A stretch of DNA of 64,000 bases from an uncultured Nitrospiraceae bacterium (GCA_963730935.1 CAVSTP010000002.1:1016442-1080441); one strand, 5' to 3'; numbered from the stretch's first letter, positions 49,235 through 60,696 are shown. Numbers and translations: made by a program. The notes: generated from the sequence alone by a model not told the origin.

Positions 49235-50746
49235 ATGCAGACACTCTTTAATACGCTCACCGGAAAACAGGAACCGTTTACGCCGATCGAGCCGAAGCGG
49301 GTGCGAATGTATGTCTGCGGGGTCACGGTCTACGACTATTGCCACATCGGCCATGCTCGAAGCGCGCTTGTCTTCGATGTGCTTCGCCGGTATCTGGAGT
49401 ACAGCGGGTACGAAGTCACCTTCGTCAAGAACTTCACCGACGTCGACGATAAGATCATCAGGCGGGCCAATGAACAACACGTCCCCTGCGAGGTGATTAC
49501 GCGCAAATATATCGACGCCTATTACGAGGACATGGGGAAGCTGGGCATCAAGCCGGCGTCCATAGAGCCGAAAGCCACCGAGCACATCGCCCAAATCATT
49601 GAGCTCACCGACAGGCTGATCAAGAAGGGCTTGGCCTATTCTATTGACGGCGATGTGTACTTCCAGGTCGACAAGTATAAGGACTACGGCCGCCTTTCGA
49701 AGCGCAAGTTGGAAGAGCTCCAGGCCGGTGCGCGGGTCGATGTGGATGAGCGCAAACGTGATCCGATGGATTTTGCCCTGTGGAAACGCAGTAAGCCTGG
49801 AGAGCCGTCATGGCCTAGCCCCTGGGGAGGAGGCCGCCCCGGCTGGCATATCGAATGTTCGGCCATGTCGATCAAGCATCTCGGAGAAACGTTCGACATC
49901 CATGGCGGCGGCATGGACCTGATTTTCCCGCATCACGAAAACGAGATCGCCCAATCCTGCGGTGCCACGGGAAAGGAATTCGCCAATTATTGGGTTCACA
50001 ACGGGTTCGTGCAGATTAATCAGGAGAAGATGTCGAAGTCCCTTGGCAATTTTTTTACCATCCGGGAAATTTTTGAGAAAGAGACGCAGCAATGGCCTGA
50101 ACCGGTCGTCGGCGAAATGCTTCGATATTTACTCCTGTCCACGCATTATCGAGGCCCATTGGATTTCTCCGATCAAAGCCTGCAGGAAGCAAAAAGCGCC
50201 CTCGATGGCTTCTATGATCTGTTCAAGAGGTTGGAAGAAGGCGAACAAGGGACAACCTTGGACGAGGAGGCGAGAACGATCATTGACCGTGCGAGATTGG
50301 CCTATCGGCAGAAACTTGACGATGATCTTAATACCCCGATGGCACTTGCGGTGTTGCAGAATATGCGGACCAACGTAAATAAACGGCTTGAACGGTGGCC
50401 TTCAACCGAAACTCGTAAGCGGGTCCGTGGTGCGTTTAGAGAATTCGGAGCCGTCCTAGGGTTGTTTCAATTGGAACCCCACCAGTGGCAATTTAATCCG
50501 TCAAGGGCAGAAGCACGAGATGTGACCAGCGTTTCAGAGAATCTGTCAGTTAGTATTAGAGAAGCCGCTAACATAGAAAAGAGTGAGAAATTATCTGAAG
50601 CAGAAATTGAGTCGAAAATTGCCGAGCGACTTGAGGCTCGAAGGAAAAAGGACTTCACAAAAGCCGATGAGATCAGGAAATCACTCGCGGCACAGGGCAT
50701 CATCATCGAGGACAAGCCCGATGGCACCAGCCGTTGGAAGCGGTAA
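49235..50746 (+). CDS. cysS: Cysteinyl-tRNA synthetase
   Basis: YVCGVTVY, HIGH, GRPGWHIEC, KMSKS. Confidence 0.99.
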   Translation: MQTLFNTLTGKQEPFTPIEPKRVRMYVCGVTVYDYCHIGHARSALVFDVLRRYLEYSGYEVTFVKNFTDVDDKIIRRANEQHVPCEVITRKYIDAYYEDMGKLGIKPASIEPKATEHIAQIIELTDRLIKKGLAYSIDGDVYFQVDKYKDYGRLSKRKLEELQAGARVDVDERKRDPMDFALWKRSKPGEPSWPSPWGGGRPGWHIECSAMSIKHLGETFDIHGGGMDLIFPHHENEIAQSCGATGKEFANYWVHNGFVQINQEKMSKSLGNFFTIREIFEKETQQWPEPVVGEMLRYLLLSTHYRGPLDFSDQSLQEAKSALDGFYDLFKRLEEGEQGTTLDEEARTIIDRARLAYRQKLDDDLNTPMALAVLQNMRTNVNKRLERWPSTETRKRVRGAFREFGAVLGLFQLEPHQWQFNPSRAEARDVTSVSENLSVSIREAANIEKSEKLSEAEIESKIAERLEARRKKDFTKADEIRKSLAAQGIIIEDKPDGTSRWKR

Positions 50747-51503
50747 CAGGCCCGAGCTGCTGTATGGGTTGCATGCCGTTCGCGAAGCCTTGCGAGCCGG
50801 CAGCCGCCCGCTCCAACGTCTCCTCGTCCTGCGGACTGATCGGCAGTTCACTGATCTCGTGGAACAGGCCAAGGCCAAACGCATTCCTGTCCATATCGAG
50901 CCTGCTCCTGCCTTCGACCGCCTGGTTCCTGGCGGCAGTCATCAAGGGGTTATCGCCTTTGTCGCGGCCAAGGCCTACAGCACCCCGCAAGATATTCTTC
51001 AACTGGCACGCCAGAAGAGCGAACCGCCGTTCCTCGTGATTCTCGACGGCGTGGAAGATCCCCAGAACCTCGGCGCCATCATTAGAACTGCTGAGGCGGC
51101 GGGAGTGCACGGCATTTTCATTCCTGAACGCCGGGCTGCCGGATTGACCTCAATCGTCGCTAAGACCTCCGCAGGAGCGCTGGAGCACATGCGGGTGGCG
51201 CGGGTAGTTAACCTCTCTCGGCTGATTGAAGAGCTGAAAGAGGCTGGCCTATGGACTTACGGCGTGGAGCCGGCGGCACAGACGGATTTCACTGCTGTCG
51301 ATATGACTGGACCGATCGCCTTCGTGTTCGGGGGAGAGGGCGGAGGCATCCGTCGGGGGATCGCCCAGGAGTGTGACGGCCTGGTTCGGATCCCGATGAC
51401 AGGGAAGGTCGAATCCCTAAACGTCTCGGCCGCGGTCGCCGTGACACTTTTCGAGGGCGTCCGGCAGCGAAAGCTCTTGTCTAAGCGCCGAGGTGGAGCT
51501 TAG
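50721..51503 (+). CDS. rlmB: 23S rRNA (Gm2251) methyltransferase
   Basis: YGLHAV, HQGV, DPQNLGAIIR, ESLNVS. Confidence 0.95.
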   Translation: MAPAVGSGNRPELLYGLHAVREALRAGSRPLQRLLVLRTDRQFTDLVEQAKAKRIPVHIEPAPAFDRLVPGGSHQGVIAFVAAKAYSTPQDILQLARQKSEPPFLVILDGVEDPQNLGAIIRTAEAAGVHGIFIPERRAAGLTSIVAKTSAGALEHMRVARVVNLSRLIEELKEAGLWTYGVEPAAQTDFTAVDMTGPIAFVFGGEGGGIRRGIAQECDGLVRIPMTGKVESLNVSAAVAVTLFEGVRQRKLLSKRRGGA

Positions 51504-51775
51504 CGGACCCGGATCATATTCCCTTGAATCGCCGCCTTCAACAATTGCGCCGTATTCGAAACGCGCATTTTTTTCATCATGTTGGCGCGGTGCGCTTCGA
51601 CGGTCTTGACGCTGATTTTCAGCCGTTGGCCGATTTCCTTATTCTTAAATCCGGCCCAAATCAACTCCAGGATTTCCTGCTCTCGGGTCGTCAAGGATTC
51701 CGGGCGCTTTTTACGGGGCGGCGGCGCGAGCTCAGCCAGAGAGGCCCGGGACTTCAGTCTTGCGGGACGTGCCAT
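51500..51775 (-). CDS. Stand-alone LuxR/NarL-type HTH regulator
   Basis: LTTREQEIL...NKEIG..LKISVKTVEAHRANMMKK; SD AAGGAG. Confidence 0.92.
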   Translation of the reverse strand: MARPARLKSRASLAELAPPPRKKRPESLTTREQEILELIWAGFKNKEIGQRLKISVKTVEAHRANMMKKMRVSNTAQLLKAAIQGNMIRVR

Positions 51776-51981
51776 GTTTCTGGTTCTCCTTTGATCGCAG
51801 ATCAATTACGCTATACTGAACCCAGGCAGCCCCTCCCGGAGAACTGTGGCGGAGTGCTCTTAGAAATTATAGAAAAGTCATCTAAGTCATGTAAACCAAT
51901 GCACAATGGCCCTAGTGTAACTACGTATTCAATTGTTGCCCGTACGTATTCATCGTTATGGGCAAGTCATGGACACTCAAG

Positions 51982-52767
51982 ATGACAGACGGATGGTGGT
52001 ATGCCGCCGCCGCAGCGTTCGGAGCACTAGTCGGCAGTTTTTTGAACGTCTGCATCTACCGATTGCCCCGCGGTGAATCCACCGTCTGGCCCGGGTCTCA
52101 CTGCCCCGCCTGCGAGGCGCCCATCGCCTGGTACGACAACATTCCTCTGCTGAGCTACCTCTGGCTTTTCGGGCGTTGCCGATCGTGTCGCGTTCCTATC
52201 TCGATGCGGTATCCGGTGGTAGAGGCGGCGAATGCGGCCGGATATGTGATCATTCTCGCGACCTTCGGCGCGAACTGGATGGCCGTTCTTTATGGCATCC
52301 TATTTTCGGCATTGCTGGTCGTGACTGGCACCGACCTCACCCACAAGATCATTCCGAATGTCGTGACGGTCCCTGGAATCCTACTTGGACTCCTGGGCGC
52401 AGCCTCATCGGTGTTGCCGACCGGCCTCATCAACGCCTTGCTCGGCGTCGCCGTAGGAGGAGGGATCCTCTGGGCCCTTGCCTGGGCCAGTCCGTACCTG
52501 TTCGGCAAGGAAGGGATGGGCGGCGGCGATATCAAGCTGCTGGCAATGGTGGGCGCGTTCCTGGGTTGGAAGCCGGCACTCTTGACGATCATGATCGGCT
52601 CGCTCGCCGGTTCGGTCATCGGTGTCAGTTTGATCGCGTTCGGTGTTATGAAACGAGACGAATATATACCCTTCGGGCCTTTCCTCGTCCTGGGAGCGCT
52701 TGTATCCCTGTTTTATGCCCAACCCTTGCTGGATTGGTATCAGAATTTACTCAGCCCTTCCTTCTAG
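51982..52767 (+). CDS. pilD: Prepilin peptidase
   Basis: GSFLNVCIYRLP, CPAC, CRSC, GMGGGDIKL, IPFGPFL. Confidence 0.96.
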   Translation: MTDGWWYAAAAAFGALVGSFLNVCIYRLPRGESTVWPGSHCPACEAPIAWYDNIPLLSYLWLFGRCRSCRVPISMRYPVVEAANAAGYVIILATFGANWMAVLYGILFSALLVVTGTDLTHKIIPNVVTVPGILLGLLGAASSVLPTGLINALLGVAVGGGILWALAWASPYLFGKEGMGGGDIKLLAMVGAFLGWKPALLTIMIGSLAGSVIGVSLIAFGVMKRDEYIPFGPFLVLGALVSLFYAQPLLDWYQNLLSPSF

Positions 52768-52975
52768 CCCGCTGACCATTCTTTCGACGCGCCTGACTTC
52801 CCTCACGGACGTCTGTATCTGTTTGGCTGTCAGCGCGTATCCGAAGTGCCTTTCACCCTCGGCTACCGCTTACACGACGAATCACAAAGTGCCTCAATTC
52901 CTTAATATGTCGCGGTGATGAAGCAAGCGGATTCCTTTGAACGCCTCCGGCATAGGTTTTGGAATTGAGGGTGCC

Positions 52976-53428
52976 GTGGAAAGAGAACGACGCGACATAG
53001 GGACTGCGGGAAAGAGTCTTGCGGAACTTGTCATTGTGGTGGCGATCCTGGGCGTTGTGGCAGTCATGGCGAGTCCGGCTTACAAGAGCTTCCACATCAG
53101 ACTACAGGGACGGACTGCCGCCGCCGAAATCGCTTCAACACTGCGGATGGCCAGACATCTCGCAATGGCGAGGCGCGAGCGTCTCCTCATCCGGTTCGAC
53201 CTTTCGGAGCACACGATGACGCTTCGCCAGGCAGATGCCGGTGGCCTGTTGAGTGTCTATGGCTATGCGGAAAAAGGGATCGTCATTGAGGAACCTACGG
53301 CTGGGACTGACCTCTTCTTCCATCCCAGCGGCCGTTCGGCCAGCGCCAGCACGATTGTCATTCACGACCGAGACCATCGCCGCACCACGGTCACGATCAG
53401 TTTAACGGGTCGAGTCGTCATTTCATGA
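52976..53428 (+). CDS. FimT/GspH-like minor pilin
   Basis: G-KSLAELVIVVAILG, LRMARHLA, FHPSG, ISLTGRV. Confidence 0.85.
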   Translation: MERERRDIGTAGKSLAELVIVVAILGVVAVMASPAYKSFHIRLQGRTAAAEIASTLRMARHLAMARRERLLIRFDLSEHTMTLRQADAGGLLSVYGYAEKGIVIEEPTAGTDLFFHPSGRSASASTIVIHDRDHRRTTVTISLTGRVVIS

Positions 53429-53916
53429 TCGGCCTGACGTTTCATAACGACGTCAAAGGCGCGACCTTTTCAGAAGTGATGGTGGCCATGGCCTTGGTGT
53501 CGGTTAGCGTGATGGGAGCGATGGGAGCATTTGAGGCTGCCGATAAAAGCCTGGCGCGGGATGCTCTCGCCGCCCGCGCCTTGTCGATGGCGGAATCCAG
53601 GGTTGAAGCCAAACGCGCCGCGCCGTGGGGACAATTGCTCGCCGAGGATCTCGATCATGACGGTGTGCCGGATCTGATAATGCATGATGATGGGACCGGT
53701 GCGGACCGCATAGCTGGAGATGGGATCTATTCGGCAATGCTGGAGCAACATGGCGTGACCGTCGTCTGGACCCTCGCCTCGCGTCATTCCGAAAGCCTGG
53801 TCAATTCAGGCGCGGTCCTCATCGAAGCGCGGGGCGTCTATCGCGCCAACGGTGGCGAACGCGAAGTGCGCCTCGCGACGCTCCGTGCGAATCCCTCCTT
53901 CGCGGGGAACCACTAG
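53425..53916 (+). CDS. PilV-like minor pilin
   Basis: G-ATFSEVMVAMALV; position in cluster. Confidence 0.75.
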   Translation: MIGLTFHNDVKGATFSEVMVAMALVSVSVMGAMGAFEAADKSLARDALAARALSMAESRVEAKRAAPWGQLLAEDLDHDGVPDLIMHDDGTGADRIAGDGIYSAMLEQHGVTVVWTLASRHSESLVNSGAVLIEARGVYRANGGEREVRLATLRANPSFAGNH

Positions 53917-53935
53917 ACAGAGGCGAGATTGTGGG

Positions 53936-54667
53936 ATGGCGAGGGCCAACATGAAGCGATCTGGGATGAGTGGCGAAGGTGGCTTCAGTCTGGTCGAAGT
54001 CATCGCGGCTATCGCGGCGGGTCTGGTCGTTCTCGGGGCCGCCCTCCAGGCGCTGTTCTATTTCCAACGCGAATTCGCGCGGCAACATGAGCAGATTGTG
54101 CAACAACAGGACGTCCGGTTGGGGCTGGACCTCTTCGCTCAGGAGATTCGTGTGGCAGGGTCTGGGTCGCTCTCAATCGTCCGTCCGGATGCCGTCGAAT
54201 TTAGGGCGAATGTCAGCGGACTGATGACCAATGTGACTGTGCCGGGGGCTGCCGGACAGATGGCTCTTGCGGTTGAAGACGGACGGGGATGGCCGGACCA
54301 TAAATTCGTCCGCGTCTGCTGGAACGATCTCTGCGAGCAATTCACATTGGCCCGCGCTGGACAGCGGAATCTGTTGACCTTCGTCGAGCCGGCGCCCAGG
54401 CCGATCCCGTCCGGTGCTTCCGTCATGGTCATCAATCGTATCCGGTACTACAGCCGGCCGGACGAGCGTGGGATTCTGAGATGGCTGCGTCAGGTGGACG
54501 GGGGCGCCAGCGTCATCGCGGGCAATATCTCACGGTTTACCTTGCGGTTTTGGGACACGCAGGGCCGTCCGACCACGGATCCTGATTCAGTGCGACGCCT
54601 CCTGGCCGAGATCACGCTTCCCGGCCGGGCCGTGACGGAAACAAGAGAGATCAGTCTTGGCACGTAA
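53936..54667 (+). CDS. PilW-like minor pilin
   Basis: G-FSLVEVIAAIA; FAQEIRVAG. Confidence 0.82.
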   Translation: MARANMKRSGMSGEGGFSLVEVIAAIAAGLVVLGAALQALFYFQREFARQHEQIVQQQDVRLGLDLFAQEIRVAGSGSLSIVRPDAVEFRANVSGLMTNVTVPGAAGQMALAVEDGRGWPDHKFVRVCWNDLCEQFTLARAGQRNLLTFVEPAPRPIPSGASVMVINRIRYYSRPDERGILRWLRQVDGGASVIAGNISRFTLRFWDTQGRPTTDPDSVRRLLAEITLPGRAVTETREISLGT

Positions 54668-54688
54668 GTGCTCGAGGAGGTGACGAAC

Positions 54689-56146
54689 ATGACTCGGTTA
54701 TCTCAGGTTACCGATCATCAAGGCCATGTGTTGCTCGCTGCTCTCATGTTGATCATCATGCTCGCGCTATTGAGCCTCAGCCTCTTGCACATCATTGGTC
54801 AGGACGCGCCTGGGATTTCGGCTATGAGAGAGCAGATTCAGGCTCAGCACTTGGCTGAAGGAGCTGTCGATCTTATTGTCAGCTGGTTTCACCAACCGTC
54901 CGCTGCTCCTGCTTCGCTGGCCGGATCGCTGATGAAGCGGCAGGATGCTGGAGAAGGACCCTCCTTCTTCGACGCCGCCGGCCGTTCACAGTTCGTGGGA
55001 ACGGGTGAACGACCGGATATTCTGCTCGACGCATCCAGTGGCAGCGATGCTCGAATTCTGAACGACTCGACAGGTGGATTCACCGGCGCGTTGTCGGAAG
55101 TCGGGAGGCTCGACAGGTTAAAAATCTATGCGCCTGCGCAACCTGGACTGCTCGGCACGGTGGAGGTCACGGCTTCAACCAAAGGCCTCAGACCTTTGGC
55201 CAGCACCATCAAAGTCCAGCTCGGTGCATTGAACATCCCTCCGATTCGGGCGGCGGTTCAAACCGGCCAGGGACTCGGAACCACAGGGTCTGGCGCGTCA
55301 ACGATCTTGGCGCATTGGGGCGACTTTCGGGTGATGGGCGACCTGTCTGTGAATCGCATGAACGATCTGGTCGTGAAAAGCGACGGCGCTTCTGTCACCG
55401 GTGAGTCATACGAGACGCTTAGGATCCGTGAGGACCGGTGGGTGGACTATTGGATCGGTGGGAACGTTTCACTCCTGTCGCCATCAGGAAGCGAGGGCAC
55501 CGGCGTCCCCACGAACGTGCATATGCATCAACAGCCGACACCTGGGGTGCAACTTGATCACTGGGATTATGATCTCTTGAAGAAGACAGCTCAGCGTCAC
55601 GGAACCTACTACCGTCTAGATCGAGAGGGGCGGCTCCACCACCTGGGAAGCGCCGAATCCGATCCCGGACTTTCGTCGGCCGACGCGTTGGCATCATCAG
55701 CGGTAGGACGATCACAAGGCCTTGTGTTTATCGACACAATAGATGGCGAAGCCCCGGGGCTGGATAATCTGGGGACGTTGGTTCTTGATACCGAGTACAT
55801 CGAAGCACTCTTGGTCGTTCAGGGCCATGTCATGCTGAAGCCAAGCGGTGCGGGACGGACACTGCCGGTCTTGAGCCCGGCACCAGAAGGGACCAGCGCA
55901 CTCAGCAACCGAATTCCGGTGACCTTGTCTGGGATCCATCTCAATGGTTTACTCTATGCGGCGGGAGCAATCACACTTGAGCGAGAGACCCGCATCTACG
56001 GGGCCCTCATCACGGCTGGCACCGTGGCAACGGGGAGTTCCGCGCCGCTGTTGGAGGTCTGGTACAACCCGGATTTTGGCAAGGGATTCTTTCGAGGGCT
56101 TCCCGTCGTCTACCGGGCACCCGGCACCTGGCAAGTCAAATATTGA
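54689..56146 (+). CDS. Large PilX-like minor pilin
   Basis: QG-HVLLAALML (no Glu5), AQHLAEGA; SD GAGGAGGTG. Confidence 0.75.
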   Translation: MTRLSQVTDHQGHVLLAALMLIIMLALLSLSLLHIIGQDAPGISAMREQIQAQHLAEGAVDLIVSWFHQPSAAPASLAGSLMKRQDAGEGPSFFDAAGRSQFVGTGERPDILLDASSGSDARILNDSTGGFTGALSEVGRLDRLKIYAPAQPGLLGTVEVTASTKGLRPLASTIKVQLGALNIPPIRAAVQTGQGLGTTGSGASTILAHWGDFRVMGDLSVNRMNDLVVKSDGASVTGESYETLRIREDRWVDYWIGGNVSLLSPSGSEGTGVPTNVHMHQQPTPGVQLDHWDYDLLKKTAQRHGTYYRLDREGRLHHLGSAESDPGLSSADALASSAVGRSQGLVFIDTIDGEAPGLDNLGTLVLDTEYIEALLVVQGHVMLKPSGAGRTLPVLSPAPEGTSALSNRIPVTLSGIHLNGLLYAAGAITLERETRIYGALITAGTVATGSSAPLLEVWYNPDFGKGFFRGLPVVYRAPGTWQVKY

Positions 56147-56163
56147 CTTGAGTTGAGTGATCA

Positions 56164-57990
56164 ATGGAAGGTCTGTCTCTCTCAGCTGGCGAGACGAGCG
56201 GCGCCTTTCCGATCGAGACAGCGGGCAAAAAAGCCGGACGCCCCGTCAATGCCTCCCGCCGCTGCGTCGAGCAACACGTTCTCGATGTGCTCGTCTGCCG
56301 TGGGATTGTCGCTCAAGCCGACCTTGACCTGGCGGTCGAAGGCCCGACAGGAAGCGGCTCGGATGTCGAGTCGCTGCTTCTGGACCGCTATCATGTGCCG
56401 AAGGATGTGTTGGGCGCGATCCTGAGCGACTATTATCAATGTCCGTATCTTCCCTTCGACGAACGGACCGTCATCGATGCCGAACTGGTCCAACCGCTCA
56501 ATCATGACTACCTGAAAAAGAATCTATGGCTTCCAGTCGCGCGTCGAGCCCAATTGCTCGATGTGCTGACCCATGATCCTCACGATCTCGAACGCGGGTG
56601 GGACGTCAGGCGAACATTTCCTGGTATGACGATCCGCTATTCTGTGGGACTGCGTCGCGATATCGAGCAGTTTCTCGGCGCACTCTCGGCGCCAAGGGGC
56701 GGCTCGGCCATGGGAACGCTGCTCACTGAATTGGTCGAAGAGGTCCCCTACGAGTCGGTCCCCGATCTTTCCGCCGGTCCCGTTCATGAAAACGATTCCC
56801 TCATCGTACGGCTGACCAGTCATTTGATCACTGAAGCCGATCGTCTGGGGGCCTCGGACCTGCATCTTGAGCCTTGCATGGGCCGGAAGGACATGAACAT
56901 TCGATTCCGGGTCGATGGCACCTGCTTTACCTATACGAAGGTTCCGGCCGCGTATCGGCGTGCCCTCGTCTCACGCATCAAGATCATGGCGAATCTCGAT
57001 ATTGCAGAACGGCGCAAGCCACAGGATGGGAAAATTCGTTTCAAGCTCAGCGGGCAACGAAGCATCGAGCTGCGTGTGGCCACGCTGCCCACCGCCGGCG
57101 GGAATGAAGACGCGGTGTTGAGGCTGCTGACGGCCAAGGATCCGATGCCCTTGGAAGCCATGGAGTTCACGCCGGGCACCTTGCAGACGATCAAGATGCT
57201 GTCGGAGAAGCCGCATGGCATTTTTCTTTGCGTGGGACCGACAGGCTCGGGAAAAACCACGCTGCTGCACGCGATCCTAAAACATATCAACACAGAAGAG
57301 CGGAAAATCTGGACGGCCGAAGACCCGATTGAAATCTCGCAAGAGGGTCTTCGCCAGCTTCAAATCCACCAAAAGATCGGACTGGATTTTGCGACAGCCA
57401 TGCGGGCCTTTTTGCGGGCGGATCCGGACGTCATTATGATCGGCGAGATGCGGGACAAGGAAACCGCCGACATTGCGATTGAAGCGTCACTCACCGGACA
57501 CCTGGTCTTCAGTACGCTGCATACCAATAGCGCCGTGGAAACCGTGATCAGGCTCCTCGACCTTGGCTGCGATCCGTTCAACTTCGCCGACGCCATGCTC
57601 GGCGTCTTGGCGACCAGGCTCTGCAAGCGGATCTGCGCCGCGTGCAAAGAAACCTACCGGCCAGCCCGGGAAGAGTATGAGGAATTGCTCGAGGGGCAAT
57701 GTACAGCCGCGGGAGCTGCGTTGGTACCCGAATACGACCAGCTTTTGTTGGCCCGGGGGCGCGGGTGTGAACAGTGCCACCGGTCCGGGTTCAAGGGCCG
57801 CGTCCCCCTCCATGAACTGTTGGTGGGAACGAACGAGACCAAGCAGCTCATTCAGTCAAGGGCCAGAACCGCCGACATGCTCAACGCAGCCATTCGTAGT
57901 GGTATGCAGACGCTGCTCGGTGATGGAATACGCAAGGTTGTCCAAGGCTTGACGACCTATCGGCAGGTACGCGCGGTGGCGGCGAAGTAG
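56164..57990 (+). CDS. GspE/PilB family assembly ATPase
   Basis: ASDLHLEP, GPTGSGKTT, TAEDPIE, LRADPDVIMIGEMRD, tetracysteine Zn motif. Confidence 0.95.
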   Translation: MEGLSLSAGETSGAFPIETAGKKAGRPVNASRRCVEQHVLDVLVCRGIVAQADLDLAVEGPTGSGSDVESLLLDRYHVPKDVLGAILSDYYQCPYLPFDERTVIDAELVQPLNHDYLKKNLWLPVARRAQLLDVLTHDPHDLERGWDVRRTFPGMTIRYSVGLRRDIEQFLGALSAPRGGSAMGTLLTELVEEVPYESVPDLSAGPVHENDSLIVRLTSHLITEADRLGASDLHLEPCMGRKDMNIRFRVDGTCFTYTKVPAAYRRALVSRIKIMANLDIAERRKPQDGKIRFKLSGQRSIELRVATLPTAGGNEDAVLRLLTAKDPMPLEAMEFTPGTLQTIKMLSEKPHGIFLCVGPTGSGKTTLLHAILKHINTEERKIWTAEDPIEISQEGLRQLQIHQKIGLDFATAMRAFLRADPDVIMIGEMRDKETADIAIEASLTGHLVFSTLHTNSAVETVIRLLDLGCDPFNFADAMLGVLATRLCKRICAACKETYRPAREEYEELLEGQCTAAGAALVPEYDQLLLARGRGCEQCHRSGFKGRVPLHELLVGTNETKQLIQSRARTADMLNAAIRSGMQTLLGDGIRKVVQGLTTYRQVRAVAAK

Positions 57991-58130
57991 CCTCCACACC
58001 TGTTCAGCGACGGCGGGTCGGATATCGTCAGCCCGAAAAACGGCGGCGGCATGGGTGTCATTCGAGAACCCCAGGCTGGCGGGGCCTGTCGGCTGGCGGT
58101 AGATGAGCACTGCGCTTTCGAAACGGGAAC

Positions 58131-58159
58131 TTGTCCCTTTCCCGCGGCTTTGCTAGAAT
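58131..58159 (+). promoter_or_regulatory. Sigma-70 promoter
   Basis: TTGTCC-N17-TAGAAT with TG extension. Confidence 0.6.
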
Positions 58160-58198
58160 CACACTAGCATCGTAGAGGAGGGACGGGCTTCGGCCCTC

Positions 58199-59259
<1,061 letters not shown>

Positions 59260-59260
<1 letters not shown>

Positions 59261-59763
59261 TGCCCGTTTCGCTTCAAGTACATGTTCGGACGGTGACAGT
59301 CGGTCGCAGGCGGGTCCTGGGATTGGCGAACACCGTCCTGAAGCTTGTCGGCGAGCCGTCGGCAGATATGAACCTCTCGCTGGTGGGCGATCGGCGGATG
59401 CGGAGGCTCAACCGCCGGTTTCGACACAAAGATCGCAGTACGGACGTATTGGCCTTCGCGTTCCGAGAGGCACGAGCACCTCACGGCTTCCATCGGGGAG
59501 CCGCCCACCTCGGTGACGTAGTCATTTCCTTGCCGACGGCTCAGCGTCAAGCCAAGGCGGCTGGCCGACCGTTGGAAGAAGAGCTTGTGACGTTGCTGAT
59601 CCATGGTGTGCTGCATCTCTGCGGCTATGATCATGAACGCAGCAGGCCGGAAGCCTGGCGCATGCAGAAGAAAGAACGGCAGATGCGTCGGCGGTTGGGC
59701 CCCATTGCCAGATTAGTCCGAGCCCATCACGACAGTCCCCTGCGTACAGCAAGAGAGGTTTAG
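59260..59763 (+). CDS. ybeY: Endoribonuclease YbeY
   Basis: TDVLAF, LGDVVIS, HGVLHLCGYDH; TAATG coupling with phoH. Confidence 0.96.
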
Positions 59764-59766
59764 CGT

Positions 59767-60696
59767 ATGGGATGGATGCAGCGACTCAGTGAAGGACTCA
59801 CCAAGACGCGGTCCGCGGTCCGCGGTTCCCTGGATCGGTTATTGGGACGCGCCGTGGATCCTGCGCTGCTGGATGAATTCGAAGCCACGCTGATTTCATC
59901 GGATCTTGGAGCCTCGGTCGCCGAACGCGTCATCAGCCAGCTTAAAGAAGCCCTGAAGGGCACGGATGCCTCGCAAGTCGCCCATGTCCATAGTACCTTG
60001 CGCCAGACGCTGCTGGACATTCTCCGTCCTGCGTCCGGTCCCTCGTTCGAAGCATTGGTTGCGGAGGGGCCGAAACCGTACGTCGTGCTCGTGGTGGGTG
60101 TGAACGGTGTTGGAAAAACCACCAGCATGGCGAAGCTTGCCCAACGTCTGATGCAAGGGAAGCGCGTGCCGCTGTTGGTGGCTGCCGATACCTTTCGTGC
60201 TGCCGCCATCGACCAATTGCAAGTGTGGGCGGATCGCATCGGCGTCGAAGTGGTTCGTCATCGTCATGGAGCCGATCCAGCGGCGGTGGCTTACGACGGC
60301 ATCGCTGCGGCGAAAGCCAGACAGGCCGACGTCGTGTTGATCGATACGGCCGGCCGGCTTCACACGAAGTCGAACCTGATGGACGAGCTTCGAAAAGTGA
60401 CACGGGTGATCGGGCAGGCGTTGCCCGGTGCTCCCCACGAAGTGTTGCTCGTCCTGGATGCCACGCTCGGGCAGAACGCCCTGGCTCAAGCGCGCCAATT
60501 TCATGAAACGGTGGGTGTCACGGGCCTGGCCCTGACGAAGCTCGATGGCACCGCCAAAGGAGGCATCGTCGTGGCCATTGCGGACGAATTGAAATTGCCC
60601 GTTCGGTTGATCGGCGTGGGAGAAGCTGTCGAGGATCTGCAGGACTTTCAGCCGCGGGCTTTCGTCGACGCGCTCTTGGGCCTCTCAGCCGAGTAA
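59767..60696 (+). CDS. ftsY: SRP receptor FtsY
   Basis: GVNGVGKTT, DTFRAAA, DTAGR, TKLDGTAKGG. Confidence 0.98.
   Translation: MGWMQRLSEGLTKTRSAVRGSLDRLLGRAVDPALLDEFEATLISSDLGASVAERVISQLKEALKGTDASQVAHVHSTLRQTLLDILRPASGPSFEALVAEGPKPYVVLVVGVNGVGKTTSMAKLAQRLMQGKRVPLLVAADTFRAAAIDQLQVWADRIGVEVVRHRHGADPAAVAYDGIAAAKARQADVVLIDTAGRLHTKSNLMDELRKVTRVIGQALPGAPHEVLLVLDATLGQNALAQARQFHETVGVTGLALTKLDGTAKGGIVVAIADELKLPVRLIGVGEAVEDLQDFQPRAFVDALLGLSAE

Noticed and set aside
52949..52963. Sigma-54-like CGGCAT-N5-TTGG before the fimT-like gene
   Set aside because: The -12 element is GG rather than GC, and the implied TSS would fall after the SD.
57991..58130. GC-rich hairpins after the pilus ATPase
   Set aside because: Short imperfect stems expected at this GC content; no second copy or known motif recognised.
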